Counted from the stretch's first letter, positions 47,741-57,439 are shown. The stretch: DNA of 64,000 nucleotides from Actinomycetales bacterium (GCA_038258055.1 JBBSQH010000015.1:3666-67665), one strand, 5' to 3'. Notes: generated from the sequence alone by a model not told the origin. A program made the numbers and translations.

Positions 47741-47778
47741 GGGTGGAGGGCCGCGGCGGGCGGTGCTGGGGCTTCGTG

Positions 47779-50700
47779 TCAGTCGATCGACACGATCGTC
47801 GGTGCCAGGGCACCCTCGTAGCCGACCCAGCCCAGGTACCTGGATGCGGGGTCCAGCCCCGACCAGGTGACGTCGAACGTCGTCGGTTCCCCGGCGGTCA
47901 CGTCGACCGGGTTCGGCTCGGCGGCCATGCCACCGAGCGTGGTCCCGGGCGTGACCACGTAGGTGGTGAAGTCGAACGCCGCCAGGGTCTCCCCCGGGGC
48001 GTTCGAGTAGTTCTCCACCACCGAGTAGTAGAGGCCGGCCGGCAGGTCGAGCACGTCGACCCGCTCGTCCGCCGAGCCGGTCGCCGACTGACCCACCAGG
48101 GCGACCAGGGCCGTACCGGCGGCGTTCATCCGGTAGACGTACAGGTCCATGTCCGACGCGTCGTCGGTGGCGTCCAGGTCGAACCGGGCCAACGACGTCC
48201 CCTCCGGCACCTGGGTGATGTACGCCGCCGCGGCACTCGCCCCGGGCGCGAGCGCCCCGGACCGGGTGACCCCCTCGGCGAAGCCCTGGGTGGTGAGGTC
48301 GAGCTCACCGGTGAACCCCGGCGTGATGCCGACCTCGACGGAGCCGTCCGCCACGGCCCCGCTGACCTCGGCGGGGGCGGCGACGGAGACCGGCCGCACG
48401 GCGACCGGCATCCGGACCGTGGTCGGGCCCTGGAGGGTGATGAACCCTGTGGCCCACTCGGCCAGGGCGGCGTCGGTCCGGGTGAACGTGAGGTCGACCG
48501 AGGTGGAGGCGCGCCCCGAGCCGTCGCCGGTCACCGTCGGGGTCGACGTGCTGACCTCGTAACCGGGCAGGTCCACCTCGATGTCCCAGCTGCCGGCCTG
48601 CAGCGCCTGGAACGTCCGGGTCACGGTCTGCGGACCGGCCTGCTGGCTGATGGCCACCGACGGGTAGTTGAGGTCGGTCGGCGCGACGGCCTCGAACTCC
48701 GAACCCGGGTCGCCGAGCTGCAGCCCCTGACCGGCGAAGAAGCCACCCCACTCCCGCTCGGTGGCGGGCAGCACGAGGCCCGGGGTGAACATGTCGGCCG
48801 GGCTGACGAAGCCCGCGCCCTGGACGAACGGGTCGGTGACCTCGCTGCCGTCGGCGGCGGCGACGTTGGTGGCCGTCGTCATGATCGCGGACTTGACCAC
48901 GCTGGGGTGCCACTGCGGCTTCTCGCCCAGGACCAGGGCGCCGAGACCGGCCACGTGGGGGCTGGACATCGACGTGCCGGACAGCGCGTTGTAGTCGTTG
49001 CCGCCGTTGGGGCCGGGGGCGACCGCGGCGACGACGGCGACGCCGGGGGCGGCGATGTCGGGCTTGATCATGTCGCTGCCCGCCGCCAGGGTCGGACCGC
49101 GGGAGGAGAATCCGGCGATCTGCGGGACCGGGGTCGGCGAGCCACCGGTGGTGTCGCCCGCCTCGAAGGCCGCGGTGGCACCGGGGGTGGTCGCGTAGGT
49201 CTTGATGGCGGCGCCGGCGACCTCGTCCACGTGCACCGTGGGCACCGCGTGGAAGTCGGGGTCGAGGCTGCCGGGAGTGGTGTTGGCCAGGATCATGGCG
49301 ACCCCGCCCGCGGCCTCGACGGCCGCGGACTTGGCGACCCGGTCGTTGACCCCTCGGTCGCAGACGACCGTGGTGCCGACGACCTGGGCCGGGTCCAGCA
49401 GCCCCGGGAAGCACAGGGCCAGGATGGTGGGGTCCGCACCGGGCAGGCCCGACTCCGACGCCAGCACCAGCGGGGTCTGCGGGAAGTCGTCCTGGACGAC
49501 CGAGGCGCCCAGGTACTCGGCCCCGTTGCCCAGGACCACCGTGCCCTCGTCGCGCTTGAACGTCGTGGCACCGACGGTCATGACCCACGGGCTGTTGTGC
49601 GCGGTGGTCGAGTCGCCGGGACCGGAGTTGCCGGCCGACGCGGCCACGAAGACGCCGGCGTTGGCCGCGTTGTAGAACGCGAGCTCCACCGCGTCGACCA
49701 CCGTCGTGGTCGTGCCGCTGATGGAGTAGTTCAGGACGTCCACGCCGTCGACGACGGCCTGGTCGATCGCGCGGATCGAGTCGGCCGTGTAGCAGCCGCC
49801 GGTGTTCGGGTCGTCGTCCTCCCAGCAGACCTTGTACACGGCGAGCTTGGCGCCGGGCGCGACTCCCGAGCCCTCGCCGAGGTCGATGCCGTCGACGCTC
49901 ATCGGCACGTCCGGGTTGCCGACGGCGGTGCCCGCGGTGTGGGAGCCGTGCCCGTCGCTGTCCCGGGCGGAGACGACCTCGAACTCCCCCCGGTTCGCCT
50001 CGGGAACCGACGCGAGGAACGAGTCGGCGAATTACCGGGCGGTGATCAGCTTGTCGTTGCAGAGGTCGGCGCTGTCCCAGTCCTCGCCCAGCTCGCACTC
50101 ACCGCGGAACACGGTGCGGTCGGACTTGAGCATGACGACCTCGTCGGCCGCGGTGCTGAACGGGACGCCCACGAGCGGGTTGCGCCCCACGACCCGGCCC
50201 TTGCCGTCGGTGCGGGGAGAGCGGCCCTGACGCAGGTCGTCACCGGCGAACGAGGCGTTCTCCGGCCAGACGCCCGAGTCGAGCACGCCGACCACGACCC
50301 CCTCGCCGGCGGCGTCGGTGCCACCGAGCTCTTCCCAGACGCCGCCCTCACCGCTGAGGCCGAGGTACTCCGGGGACTGCACCGTGTCGAGCGAGCGCAC
50401 CTCGTTGGGCAGCACGGCGGTCACGCCCGGCAGGCCGGCGAGCTTTGTCGCCCGGGCCCCGTCGAGCTCGACCGCGAAGCCGTTGAACGCCACCTGGTAG
50501 GTGTACGTGGCCTCGGCGTCGATCTCGTCCAGGACCTCCGACTGCTGCTGGGACAGGTAGTCGGCGTAGCGGCGGGCGTCGGTGCCCGTCATGTCGACGG
50601 ACTCACCCTCGGCCGGCCGGGTCGCGGCCAGGCCGGCCAGGCCGCCGTCGTACGAGGCGAGCGCCGGGTCGTCGAGCAGGACCACGTAGCTGCCGTCGGT

Positions 50701-50817
50701 GAACGGCAGCGGTTCGGCCGATGCGGGTGCGGTGGACGCGACGGCGCCGGCCGCGACGAGCGCGGTCCCGGCCAGGCCGGCAACCAGGCGTACGCCCTGC
50801 GGGTGGTTGGTTCTCAC
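47779..50817 (-). pseudogene. S8A subtilisin-like serine protease (I9 propeptide, PA insert, C-terminal beta domains) interrupted by an in-frame TAA
   Basis: AAGGAG then GTG 50817 gives the signal LVAGLAGTALVAAGAVASTAPASA. Asp is in VGVLDSGVWPE and TAA lies at 50032-50034 after CNDKLITAR. His is in DSDGHGSHTAG (49909-50031, in no called ORF), Asn in SAGNSGPG and Ser in GTSMSSPHVAG. Both ORF pieces are in the same frame. Confidence 0.8.
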
Positions 50818-51282
50818 GGATGGGGTCTCCTTCTCGACGTTCTCTGCTCCCCGACGGGCAGCCCTCCGCACCTTTTGTCATGGACGTCACGAGGTCAAGA
50901 AGTCATAGCCCGTAGTTACCCGCTTGTTACGTCACTGTGACTGCGCGTGTGGCCCCTCCGACCAGGAGGTTCGTGCGCGGCACGCGCCTCACCAGCACCT
51001 CGACCACGGACGACATCGAGGCACCCACCGGAGTCTTGTCACGCTGGGTGAGAGCAACCCGGCGCAGCGAACCGGCGCCGGCTGACCTCGTACCGGAGAG
51101 GTTTGTCGGACCCGTGCGCGGGTACCCATGTCGTGCGCGGCGGGAACCGCGTCAGGGATGCAGGAGCGCAGGGGTTGTTGCAGACAGGTTCCCGCCGCCC
51201 TCTCCCGTTTCGCCGCTTCCTGCGCGGGGTACCCACCGGCAGGCGCGCGTCCCCCGTGCGCATGCTGAGGAGGAGACAGACG

Positions 51283-51450
51283 ATGAGAGCACAGCTGGTC
51301 CGTTGGGCCGTCCTGGCGGTCGCGGTACCGCTCGCCGCCGCCGTGGTGAAGAAGCTGGCCGACCGGGTCGAGGACCAGCGCGGCCCGTCGTCCAAGGTCG
51401 CCCGCGGCCTGCGCAAGGCCGGCGAGATGGTCCGCCCCAGCAAGAAGTAG
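51283..51450 (+). CDS. small membrane-anchored basic protein (55 aa), hypothetical
   Basis: GAGGAGGAG precedes ATG 51283. The sequence is MRAQLVRWAVLAVAVPLAAAVVKKLADRVEDQRGPSSKVARGLRKAGEMVRPSKK. GC3 bias is strong, the stop is TAG, and a hairpin follows. Confidence 0.55.
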   Translation: MRAQLVRWAVLAVAVPLAAAVVKKLADRVEDQRGPSSKVARGLRKAGEMVRPSKK

Positions 51451-51497
51451 CCGGTGGCGTCCGCGGCACCCGCCCCGGACAGACCCCCGGAGCACGT

Positions 51498-51535
51498 CGA
51501 AGGGCGGCCCGACCGTGAGGTCGGACCGCCCTTCG
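51498..51535. terminator. hairpin between convergent small gene and secreted-protein gene
   Basis: CGAAGGGCGGcCCGACC-gtga-GGTCGGaCCGCCCTTCG is a 17-nt arm pair with one mismatch. Confidence 0.55.
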
Positions 51536-51590
51536 TCTGGTTCAGGTGGTGCGTGGACCAGGTGGTGCGGTCGTGCTGCTGATCAGGTGA

Positions 51591-52592
51591 TCAGCTGAGG
51601 GCCGGGCCCTTGTTCGCCTTGGCAGCCTTCTCGGCCGCCCCACGACGCTCGGCGATCTTGGCCTCGAGCTCCGCGCTGCGGTCCTCGGCGACGGCCACGG
51701 AGGCCTCCTCCTGGATCATCATGCGGGACATGGAAGCCGCCGGAGCGGTCTCGAGGGTGATCTCGCCGCGGACGCGGTTGCCCTCGCCCAGCGTGGCGGC
51801 CGGCGTGTTGCCGGTGCCGGCCAGGTTGCCGCGGACGATGTTGTTGGCCAGGACGAACCCGGTCACGTCGGCGGTGTTGTTGTTGAACGTGACGTTGCCG
51901 CCCCAGTAGCTGGCGCCCTCGCACGGACCCGTGTCACCGCTGCCACCGATCTGCAGGGTGGACCCGTTGCCGTCGTACAGGGTGTCGCCGTAGATCTCGG
52001 ACTCGCAGACCACGGAGCCCAGGGCGTTGTTGCGCACCGTGAGACGGTTGTTGAGGACCGAGTCGACGATGTCGGTGTACTCACCGTTGGTGCTGGTGAC
52101 GTCGCCGTCGATGACCGAGGACTCCAGCAGGAGCTCGCCCGCACGAGAGGTGACAGTGCCCTCGACGTCGGCGCCGAAGGTGTAGATGAACGGCGCGAAC
52201 TCGCTCTCCTGCGGGTTGCGCTGGTCGATGCTGCCGACCGACGAGTCCTCGACGAAGACGCCGAACTGGCTGCGACCGTTGACGGCGCCACCGACCTCGG
52301 TGTCGATGACGTCCGCGTAGCCGTCGGACTGGACGATCAGGTTGCCGTTGATGGTGGCGCCCTCGGTGAGGAGGTCGGCACCAGCCGCGACGGTGACGTT
52401 ACCGAGGACGGTGGTGCCCTCGAGGGTGCAGGAGCGGTCACGCGGGACAACGAGGTTGCCCGGGACCGAGACGGCACCGGCGACGCCGGTGCAACGGGTC
52501 TGCAGCGCGCCGGAGGCGGGCTGCACGACGAGGATGACGGAGCTGGCAGCAAGGGCTGCGGACGCCAGGAGGGCGACCTTCTTCAAGGACAC
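51591..52592 (-). CDS. secreted hypothetical protein with beta-solenoid-like V/G/N/T repeats and helical charged tail
   Basis: GTG 52592 gives the signal peptide KKVALLASAALAASSVILVVQPASG. The body has irregular ~18-20-aa G.V.G/N repeats and four Cys. The C-terminus is AEDRSAELEAKIAERRGAAEKAAKANKG. Confidence 0.7.
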   Translation of the reverse strand: MSLKKVALLASAALAASSVILVVQPASGALQTRCTGVAGAVSVPGNLVVPRDRSCTLEGTTVLGNVTVAAGADLLTEGATINGNLIVQSDGYADVIDTEVGGAVNGRSQFGVFVEDSSVGSIDQRNPQESEFAPFIYTFGADVEGTVTSRAGELLLESSVIDGDVTSTNGEYTDIVDSVLNNRLTVRNNALGSVVCESEIYGDTLYDGNGSTLQIGGSGDTGPCEGASYWGGNVTFNNNTADVTGFVLANNIVRGNLAGTGNTPAATLGEGNRVRGEITLETAPAASMSRMMIQEEASVAVAEDRSAELEAKIAERRGAAEKAAKANKGPALS

Positions 52593-52786
52593 TTCGGGAC
52601 CCCTTCGAAGCAGGATGGGTAAGACGTTCCGAACCTTGTCCGGTTACTCCGTCCGAGGTCAAGGGTTTGCGGACGATCGGTCGGAAACTGGTTGGTGAAC
52701 GCTGGGTGACTTTCGGGCACGTATCCGGACCAAACGGGCCAGGACGGGGCAGGAATATCCCTGGTGCGGTCACGCCTGAGGCCCGT

Positions 52787-53719
52787 ATGAGAGCAGCGTC
52801 CTACGACGAGTACGGCGACGCCCACGTCCTGCAGGTCGGCGAGCTGCCCGATCCGGTGACCGGTCCGGACGACATCGTGGTGCGTGTCGCGGCCGCCGGG
52901 GTCAACCCGGTGGACTGGAAGGTGCGCGGCGGGTACCTCGACGGCGCCTTCCCCTCCGGCTTCCCGATCGTGCCCGGTTGGGACCTGGCGGGGACCGTGG
53001 AGGCCGTAGGACCTGCGGTTACGTCCTACGCCGTCGGCGACCGGGTCCTCGGCTACGCCCGCAAGGACCACGTCCAGCACGGCACCACGGCCGAGCTCGT
53101 GCGGGTCGCCGCGCGTCATGTCGCCCCGTTGCCGGACGACGTCGACCTCACGGTCGCGGCCGCGATCCCGCTCGCCGGGCTCACCGCCCTGCAGGCGGTC
53201 GAGGCCGTCGGCGTCGGTCGCGGCGACACCGTCCTGGTGCACGCCGCGGCCGGTGGCGTGGGTGCCTTCGCGGTACAGCTGGCGCGCCTGCGGGGGGCTC
53301 GGGTGGTGGGCACGGCGAGCGACGGCAACCACGACTACCTCCGCTCGATCGGCGCAGAGCCCGTCACCTACGGTGACGGGCTGTCGGACCGTGTCCGGGC
53401 CGTCCTGGGCGGCGCACCCGTCACGGCGGCGCTCGACTTCGTCGGCGGGGACGAGGCCGTCGACGTGTCGTTCGAGCTGGTTTCCGACCCCGCCCGGGTC
53501 GTCACGGTGACCGACGGTGCGCCCGTGCTCCAGCGCGGCGGCCGGTACGTGTTCGTCCGCCCCGACAGCGCCCAGCTGGCCACGCTGGCCGGCCTCGTGG
53601 CCGACGGCTCGCTCCGCGTCGAGGTGTCCCGCACCTTCGGCCTGGACGAGGTCGCCGCGGCGCACGACCTGTCGGCTCAGGGCCACGGTCGCGGGAAGGT
53701 CGTCGTCACGGTCCCCTAG
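52787..53719 (+). CDS. MDR-superfamily NADPH:quinone-oxidoreductase-like protein
   Basis: Motifs are VAAAGVNPVDWKVRGG and the cofactor motif HAAAGGVGAFAVQLA. The tail is GHGRGKVVV. Confidence 0.85.
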   Translation: MRAASYDEYGDAHVLQVGELPDPVTGPDDIVVRVAAAGVNPVDWKVRGGYLDGAFPSGFPIVPGWDLAGTVEAVGPAVTSYAVGDRVLGYARKDHVQHGTTAELVRVAARHVAPLPDDVDLTVAAAIPLAGLTALQAVEAVGVGRGDTVLVHAAAGGVGAFAVQLARLRGARVVGTASDGNHDYLRSIGAEPVTYGDGLSDRVRAVLGGAPVTAALDFVGGDEAVDVSFELVSDPARVVTVTDGAPVLQRGGRYVFVRPDSAQLATLAGLVADGSLRVEVSRTFGLDEVAAAHDLSAQGHGRGKVVVTVP

Positions 53720-53866
53720 GCGGCTGCCGGACGACCACCGCCTGTGGAGGGTCGACCCGACCGGGTCGGCCCTCCACAGGCGTGCCGGGCACGGTCCGGT
53801 TGCGCCCCGGGTACTCGCTAGCGTGCAGGCGTTGCCACCCGACCGGGGCGGCGCGTCGACGAGGGG

Positions 53867-56800
53867 GTGCACGTGCTGACCGTCCACCGGGCCGAGCGCG
53901 CCACCGCCCTGGCCGACGGGCTCGCGGACCTGCTGTCCTCCCCCCTGGCCGACCCGTTCGCGACCGAGGTCGTCGCGGTGCCCGCCCGGGGGGTCGAGCG
54001 GTGGCTCGCCCAGCGGCTGTCGCACCGGCTCGGCACCGGGGCAGGGGGTCCCCGTGGTCCCGGTGGTCCCGGGCTCGTCGGCCCGGACGGGGTGTGCGCC
54101 AACGTCCGCTTCCCCTCCCCCCACCGGTTGCTCGCCGACGCCACGGCCACGGTCGCGCCCGAGCCGGCCGCCGCGCTGGAGCGGTGGACGCCGGAGCGGC
54201 TGACGTGGCCGCTGCTTCAGGTCCTGGACGAGGTCATCACCGAGGACTGGTGCCGGGTGCTGCGCCGGCACCTCTACCGCGACGGGGTCCCCTCCGCCGT
54301 GCACGCGACCGGCCGGCGGCTGAGCCTGGCCCGGGGTGTGGCCCGGCTGTTCCACTCCTACGCCCGCAACCGGCCGGACATGCTGCGCCGGTGGGCCGCC
54401 GACCAGCCCGTGCTGCCGGACGGCACCGGCCTGGGCGAGTTCGAGCAGTGGCAGATGCTGCTGTGGAACGCCGTGCGCGAGCGGCTCGGGGGGACGTCCC
54501 CGGTCGACCTGCAGGCCGCCGTGCTGGACGCGGTGCGCGTCGACCCGGCCCGGATCGACGCCCCCGACCGGCTGTCGGTCTTCGGCGCCAGCCGGCTGTC
54601 CCGGGCGGACATCGAGCTGCTGGCGGCGCTGGCCGAGCACCGCGACGTGCACCTGTGGCTGCACCACGCCTCCCCCGCCCTGTGGCGGGCGGTCGCCGCG
54701 GTCGAGCCGGTCCGACGGCGCGCCGACGACACCGTGGGCGCCGCCCTCACCAACCCCCTGCTGCGCTCCCTGTCGCGCGACGTCCGCGAGCTGCAGCACC
54801 TGCTCCGACGTCACGCGCCGGAGCACCGCACCGTCCACCTCACCCCGGCGTCGGGCGGACCGACGAGCGGGCGCACGGCGGGAGCGGCCGACGGGGGCGG
54901 CACCTCGCTGCTGGCCCGCCTGGTCGACGACCTGGCCCACGACCGCGTACCGGTCGCCCCGGCACCGCTGGCCCCGGACGACCGCAGCCTGCAGGTGCAC
55001 GCCTGCCACGGGCGCACCCGCCAGGTCGAGGTGCTCCGCGAGGTGGTGATGGGCCTGCTCGCCGACGACCCGACCCTCGAGCCGCGCGACGTGCTCGTCA
55101 TGTGCCCCGACGTCGAGACCTTCGCGCCGCTGCTCGCGGCCACCTTCGCCACCCGGGGCGACGAGCTGCCCGGTGCCGGCGCCCACCCGGCCGCCCGGCT
55201 CCGCGTCCGGGTCGCCGACCGGGCGCTGCACCAGGCCAACCCGCTGCTGGCGGTGCTCGACCGGTTGCTCGACCTGGGCTCGGCCCGCCTGAGCGCCACC
55301 GAGGTGCTCGACCTGGCCGGCCACCCGGCGGTGTCCCGACGCTTCGGGCTCGACGACGACGACCTGGAGCGGCTGCGCGGCTGGGTGCAGGCCTCGGGCA
55401 CGCGGTGGGGCCTGCACGACGAGCACCGCAGCGACTGGCAGCTGCAGGCCGTCCCCGACGGCACCTGGCGTCGTGGGATCGACCGCATCCTGCTCGGCGC
55501 CGCCGTCGACCTCGGTCACGGCGCCGGCGCGGCCACCGTCGCCGACCTCGTGCCGCTGGACGACGTGGACTCCAGCGACATCGACCTCGCGGGTCGCTTC
55601 GCCGAGCTGCTGGACCGGCTCGACACCGCCCGCACGGACCTGGCCGGGGAGCACGACGCCGGGGGCTGGGCCGACCGGCTCGAGCAGGCCGTGCTGCGTC
55701 TGGCCGCGCACGAGCCGGCCGGCGCCTGGCAAGAGATCCAGCTGCGGGAGGTGCTGCAGGAGGCCCTCGTCGACGCGGCGGGTGACGCGACGGCCGCAGA
55801 CCTCGGGGGGGCCGCGGACCTCGGGACGGTCGGGACGGTCGGGACGAACAGGTCGGACGGGACCGGTGGGTCGGGCGGTGCCTCGCGGTTGTCCCTCACC
55901 GAGCTGCGACCCGTGCTGCGGGGCGCGCTCGAGGGTCGTCCCACCCGGGCGGGCTTCCGCACCGGCGCCCTCACGGTCTGCACGCTGGTGCCGATGCGTT
56001 CGGTCCCCCACCGGGTGGTCGTGCTGCTGGGCCTGGACGACGGCTCGTTCCCGCGCCAGACGGTCCGCGACGGCGACGACCTGCTGGCCCGTGACCCCGA
56101 GGTCGGCGACCGGGACCCGCGCAGCGAGGACCGTCAGCTGCTGCTGGACGCGGTGTGCGCGGCCGGGGAGCACCTGGTGATCACCTACACCGGAGCCGAC
56201 GAGCGCACCGGGGCGCCCGTCCCGCCCGCCGTCCCGTTGGGCGAGCTGCTGGACGCCGTCGACCGGACCTGCTCGGTCCCCGACGGCCGGGTGCGTGACG
56301 CGGTCACCACCCACCACCCGCTGCAGCCGTTCGACGTCCGCAACTTCGCGGCCGGTGTCCTGGGCCGGGCGGGGGCGTTCAGCTTCGACCCCCGGGCGCA
56401 CGCCGGCGCCGCGGCCGCGCTGGGCGAGCGGCACGACCCGCCCGCGTTGATGGGACGGCGCCTGGGCCCCCCGCCCGCGGCCGACGTGGCGGTCGACGAC
56501 CTGGTCCGCATGCTGGTGCACCCGGCCAAGGCGTTCCTGCGGCAACGGCTCCAGATCAGCCTCGGGGCCCGCGACGACGACCCGGACGACTCGCTGCCCG
56601 TCGCGCTGGACGCCTTGCAGGTGTGGCAGGTCGGCGACCGGATGCTGCGCGACCGGCTCGCCGGCCTCGACCCCCGGCGGTGCGCCACCCTGGAACGGGG
56701 TCGAGGGCTGCTTCCGCCGGGGCCGCTCGGCGACGAGGTGCTGCGCACGGTCGGGCCGCGGGTCGACACCGTCGCCCACGCCGCAGCCGGGCTGCTCGTC

Positions 56801-57439
56801 CTCGACGCCGAGGCGGCCGACGTCGGCGTCGACCTGGGCGACGGCACCCGGCTGAGCGGCACGGTGTCGGGACTACGGGGCGACCGGCTCGTCACGGTGC
56901 ACTACTCCTCGCTGGGGCCCAAGCACCGCCTGACCGCCTGGGTGCAGCTGCTCGCCCTCACCGCCACCCGGCCCGACCGGGCGTGGCAGGCGGTCGTGCT
57001 GGGTCGTGGGACCGGTCGCGACAAGGACTCGTGCGTCCGGAGCACGCTGGGGCCGGTCCCCGCGGACCTGGCCGTCACGATGGTGAGGCAGCTGGTGGCG
57101 CTCCACCGGTCCGGCCTCGCCTCGCCCCTGCCGCTGCCGTGCAAGACGGCCGAGGCCTACGCCGCCCAGCGGTCCCGGGGTCGGCGTCCGCACAGCGCCC
57201 GCCAGGCCGCCGCGCAGGCCTGGACCGACGGCCGGTTCCCCGGCGAGCAGTCCGACGCCGAGCACGTGCTGCTCCACGGCGGCACCGCGCCGACCCTGGA
57301 GGACCTGCTGCGGGAGCGGGCCACGGCCGCCGACCTGGTGCCCGGCCGGTCCGACGACGAGGACGGCGACCGGTTCGGGGTGCTGGCCCGGCGGCTGTGG
57401 GGGCCGCTGGTCGAGCACGAGACGGTGGACACCCCGTGA
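53867..57439 (+). CDS. recC: exodeoxyribonuclease V gamma subunit
   Basis: About 1190 aa. The N-terminus LTVHRAERATALADGLADLL...VVAVPARGVERWLAQRL and the operon context with recB/recD support the call. The start is GTG 53867 or GTG 53873. Confidence 0.85.
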   Translation: MHVLTVHRAERATALADGLADLLSSPLADPFATEVVAVPARGVERWLAQRLSHRLGTGAGGPRGPGGPGLVGPDGVCANVRFPSPHRLLADATATVAPEPAAALERWTPERLTWPLLQVLDEVITEDWCRVLRRHLYRDGVPSAVHATGRRLSLARGVARLFHSYARNRPDMLRRWAADQPVLPDGTGLGEFEQWQMLLWNAVRERLGGTSPVDLQAAVLDAVRVDPARIDAPDRLSVFGASRLSRADIELLAALAEHRDVHLWLHHASPALWRAVAAVEPVRRRADDTVGAALTNPLLRSLSRDVRELQHLLRRHAPEHRTVHLTPASGGPTSGRTAGAADGGGTSLLARLVDDLAHDRVPVAPAPLAPDDRSLQVHACHGRTRQVEVLREVVMGLLADDPTLEPRDVLVMCPDVETFAPLLAATFATRGDELPGAGAHPAARLRVRVADRALHQANPLLAVLDRLLDLGSARLSATEVLDLAGHPAVSRRFGLDDDDLERLRGWVQASGTRWGLHDEHRSDWQLQAVPDGTWRRGIDRILLGAAVDLGHGAGAATVADLVPLDDVDSSDIDLAGRFAELLDRLDTARTDLAGEHDAGGWADRLEQAVLRLAAHEPAGAWQEIQLREVLQEALVDAAGDATAADLGGAADLGTVGTVGTNRSDGTGGSGGASRLSLTELRPVLRGALEGRPTRAGFRTGALTVCTLVPMRSVPHRVVVLLGLDDGSFPRQTVRDGDDLLARDPEVGDRDPRSEDRQLLLDAVCAAGEHLVITYTGADERTGAPVPPAVPLGELLDAVDRTCSVPDGRVRDAVTTHHPLQPFDVRNFAAGVLGRAGAFSFDPRAHAGAAAALGERHDPPALMGRRLGPPPAADVAVDDLVRMLVHPAKAFLRQRLQISLGARDDDPDDSLPVALDALQVWQVGDRMLRDRLAGLDPRRCATLERGRGLLPPGPLGDEVLRTVGPRVDTVAHAAAGLLVLDAEAADVGVDLGDGTRLSGTVSGLRGDRLVTVHYSSLGPKHRLTAWVQLLALTATRPDRAWQAVVLGRGTGRDKDSCVRSTLGPVPADLAVTMVRQLVALHRSGLASPLPLPCKTAEAYAAQRSRGRRPHSARQAAAQAWTDGRFPGEQSDAEHVLLHGGTAPTLEDLLRERATAADLVPGRSDDEDGDRFGVLARRLWGPLVEHETVDTP

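Noticed and set aside
47341-50940. 1199-aa plus-strand ORF. Similar giants are 52583..56779 (-), 57157..60795 (-), 18950..21679 (-), 18856..20916 (-), 6330..8372 (-), 24612..26759 (-), 16583..18811 (+) and 28..1197 (-).
   Set aside because: Each is antisense to, or out of frame with, a gene that has clear motifs. Their translations are Arg/Gly/Pro/Ala-rich low-complexity strings without motifs. Long stop-free antisense frames are expected at this GC content.
50890-52665. Shared CGAGGTCAAG 10-mer in two AT-richer intergenic regions (about 50892 and about 52652) as a common regulatory element.
   Set aside because: It is a single short match with different flanks and orientation relative to neighbouring genes. 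That is compatible with chance, and it would need a genome-wide motif search.
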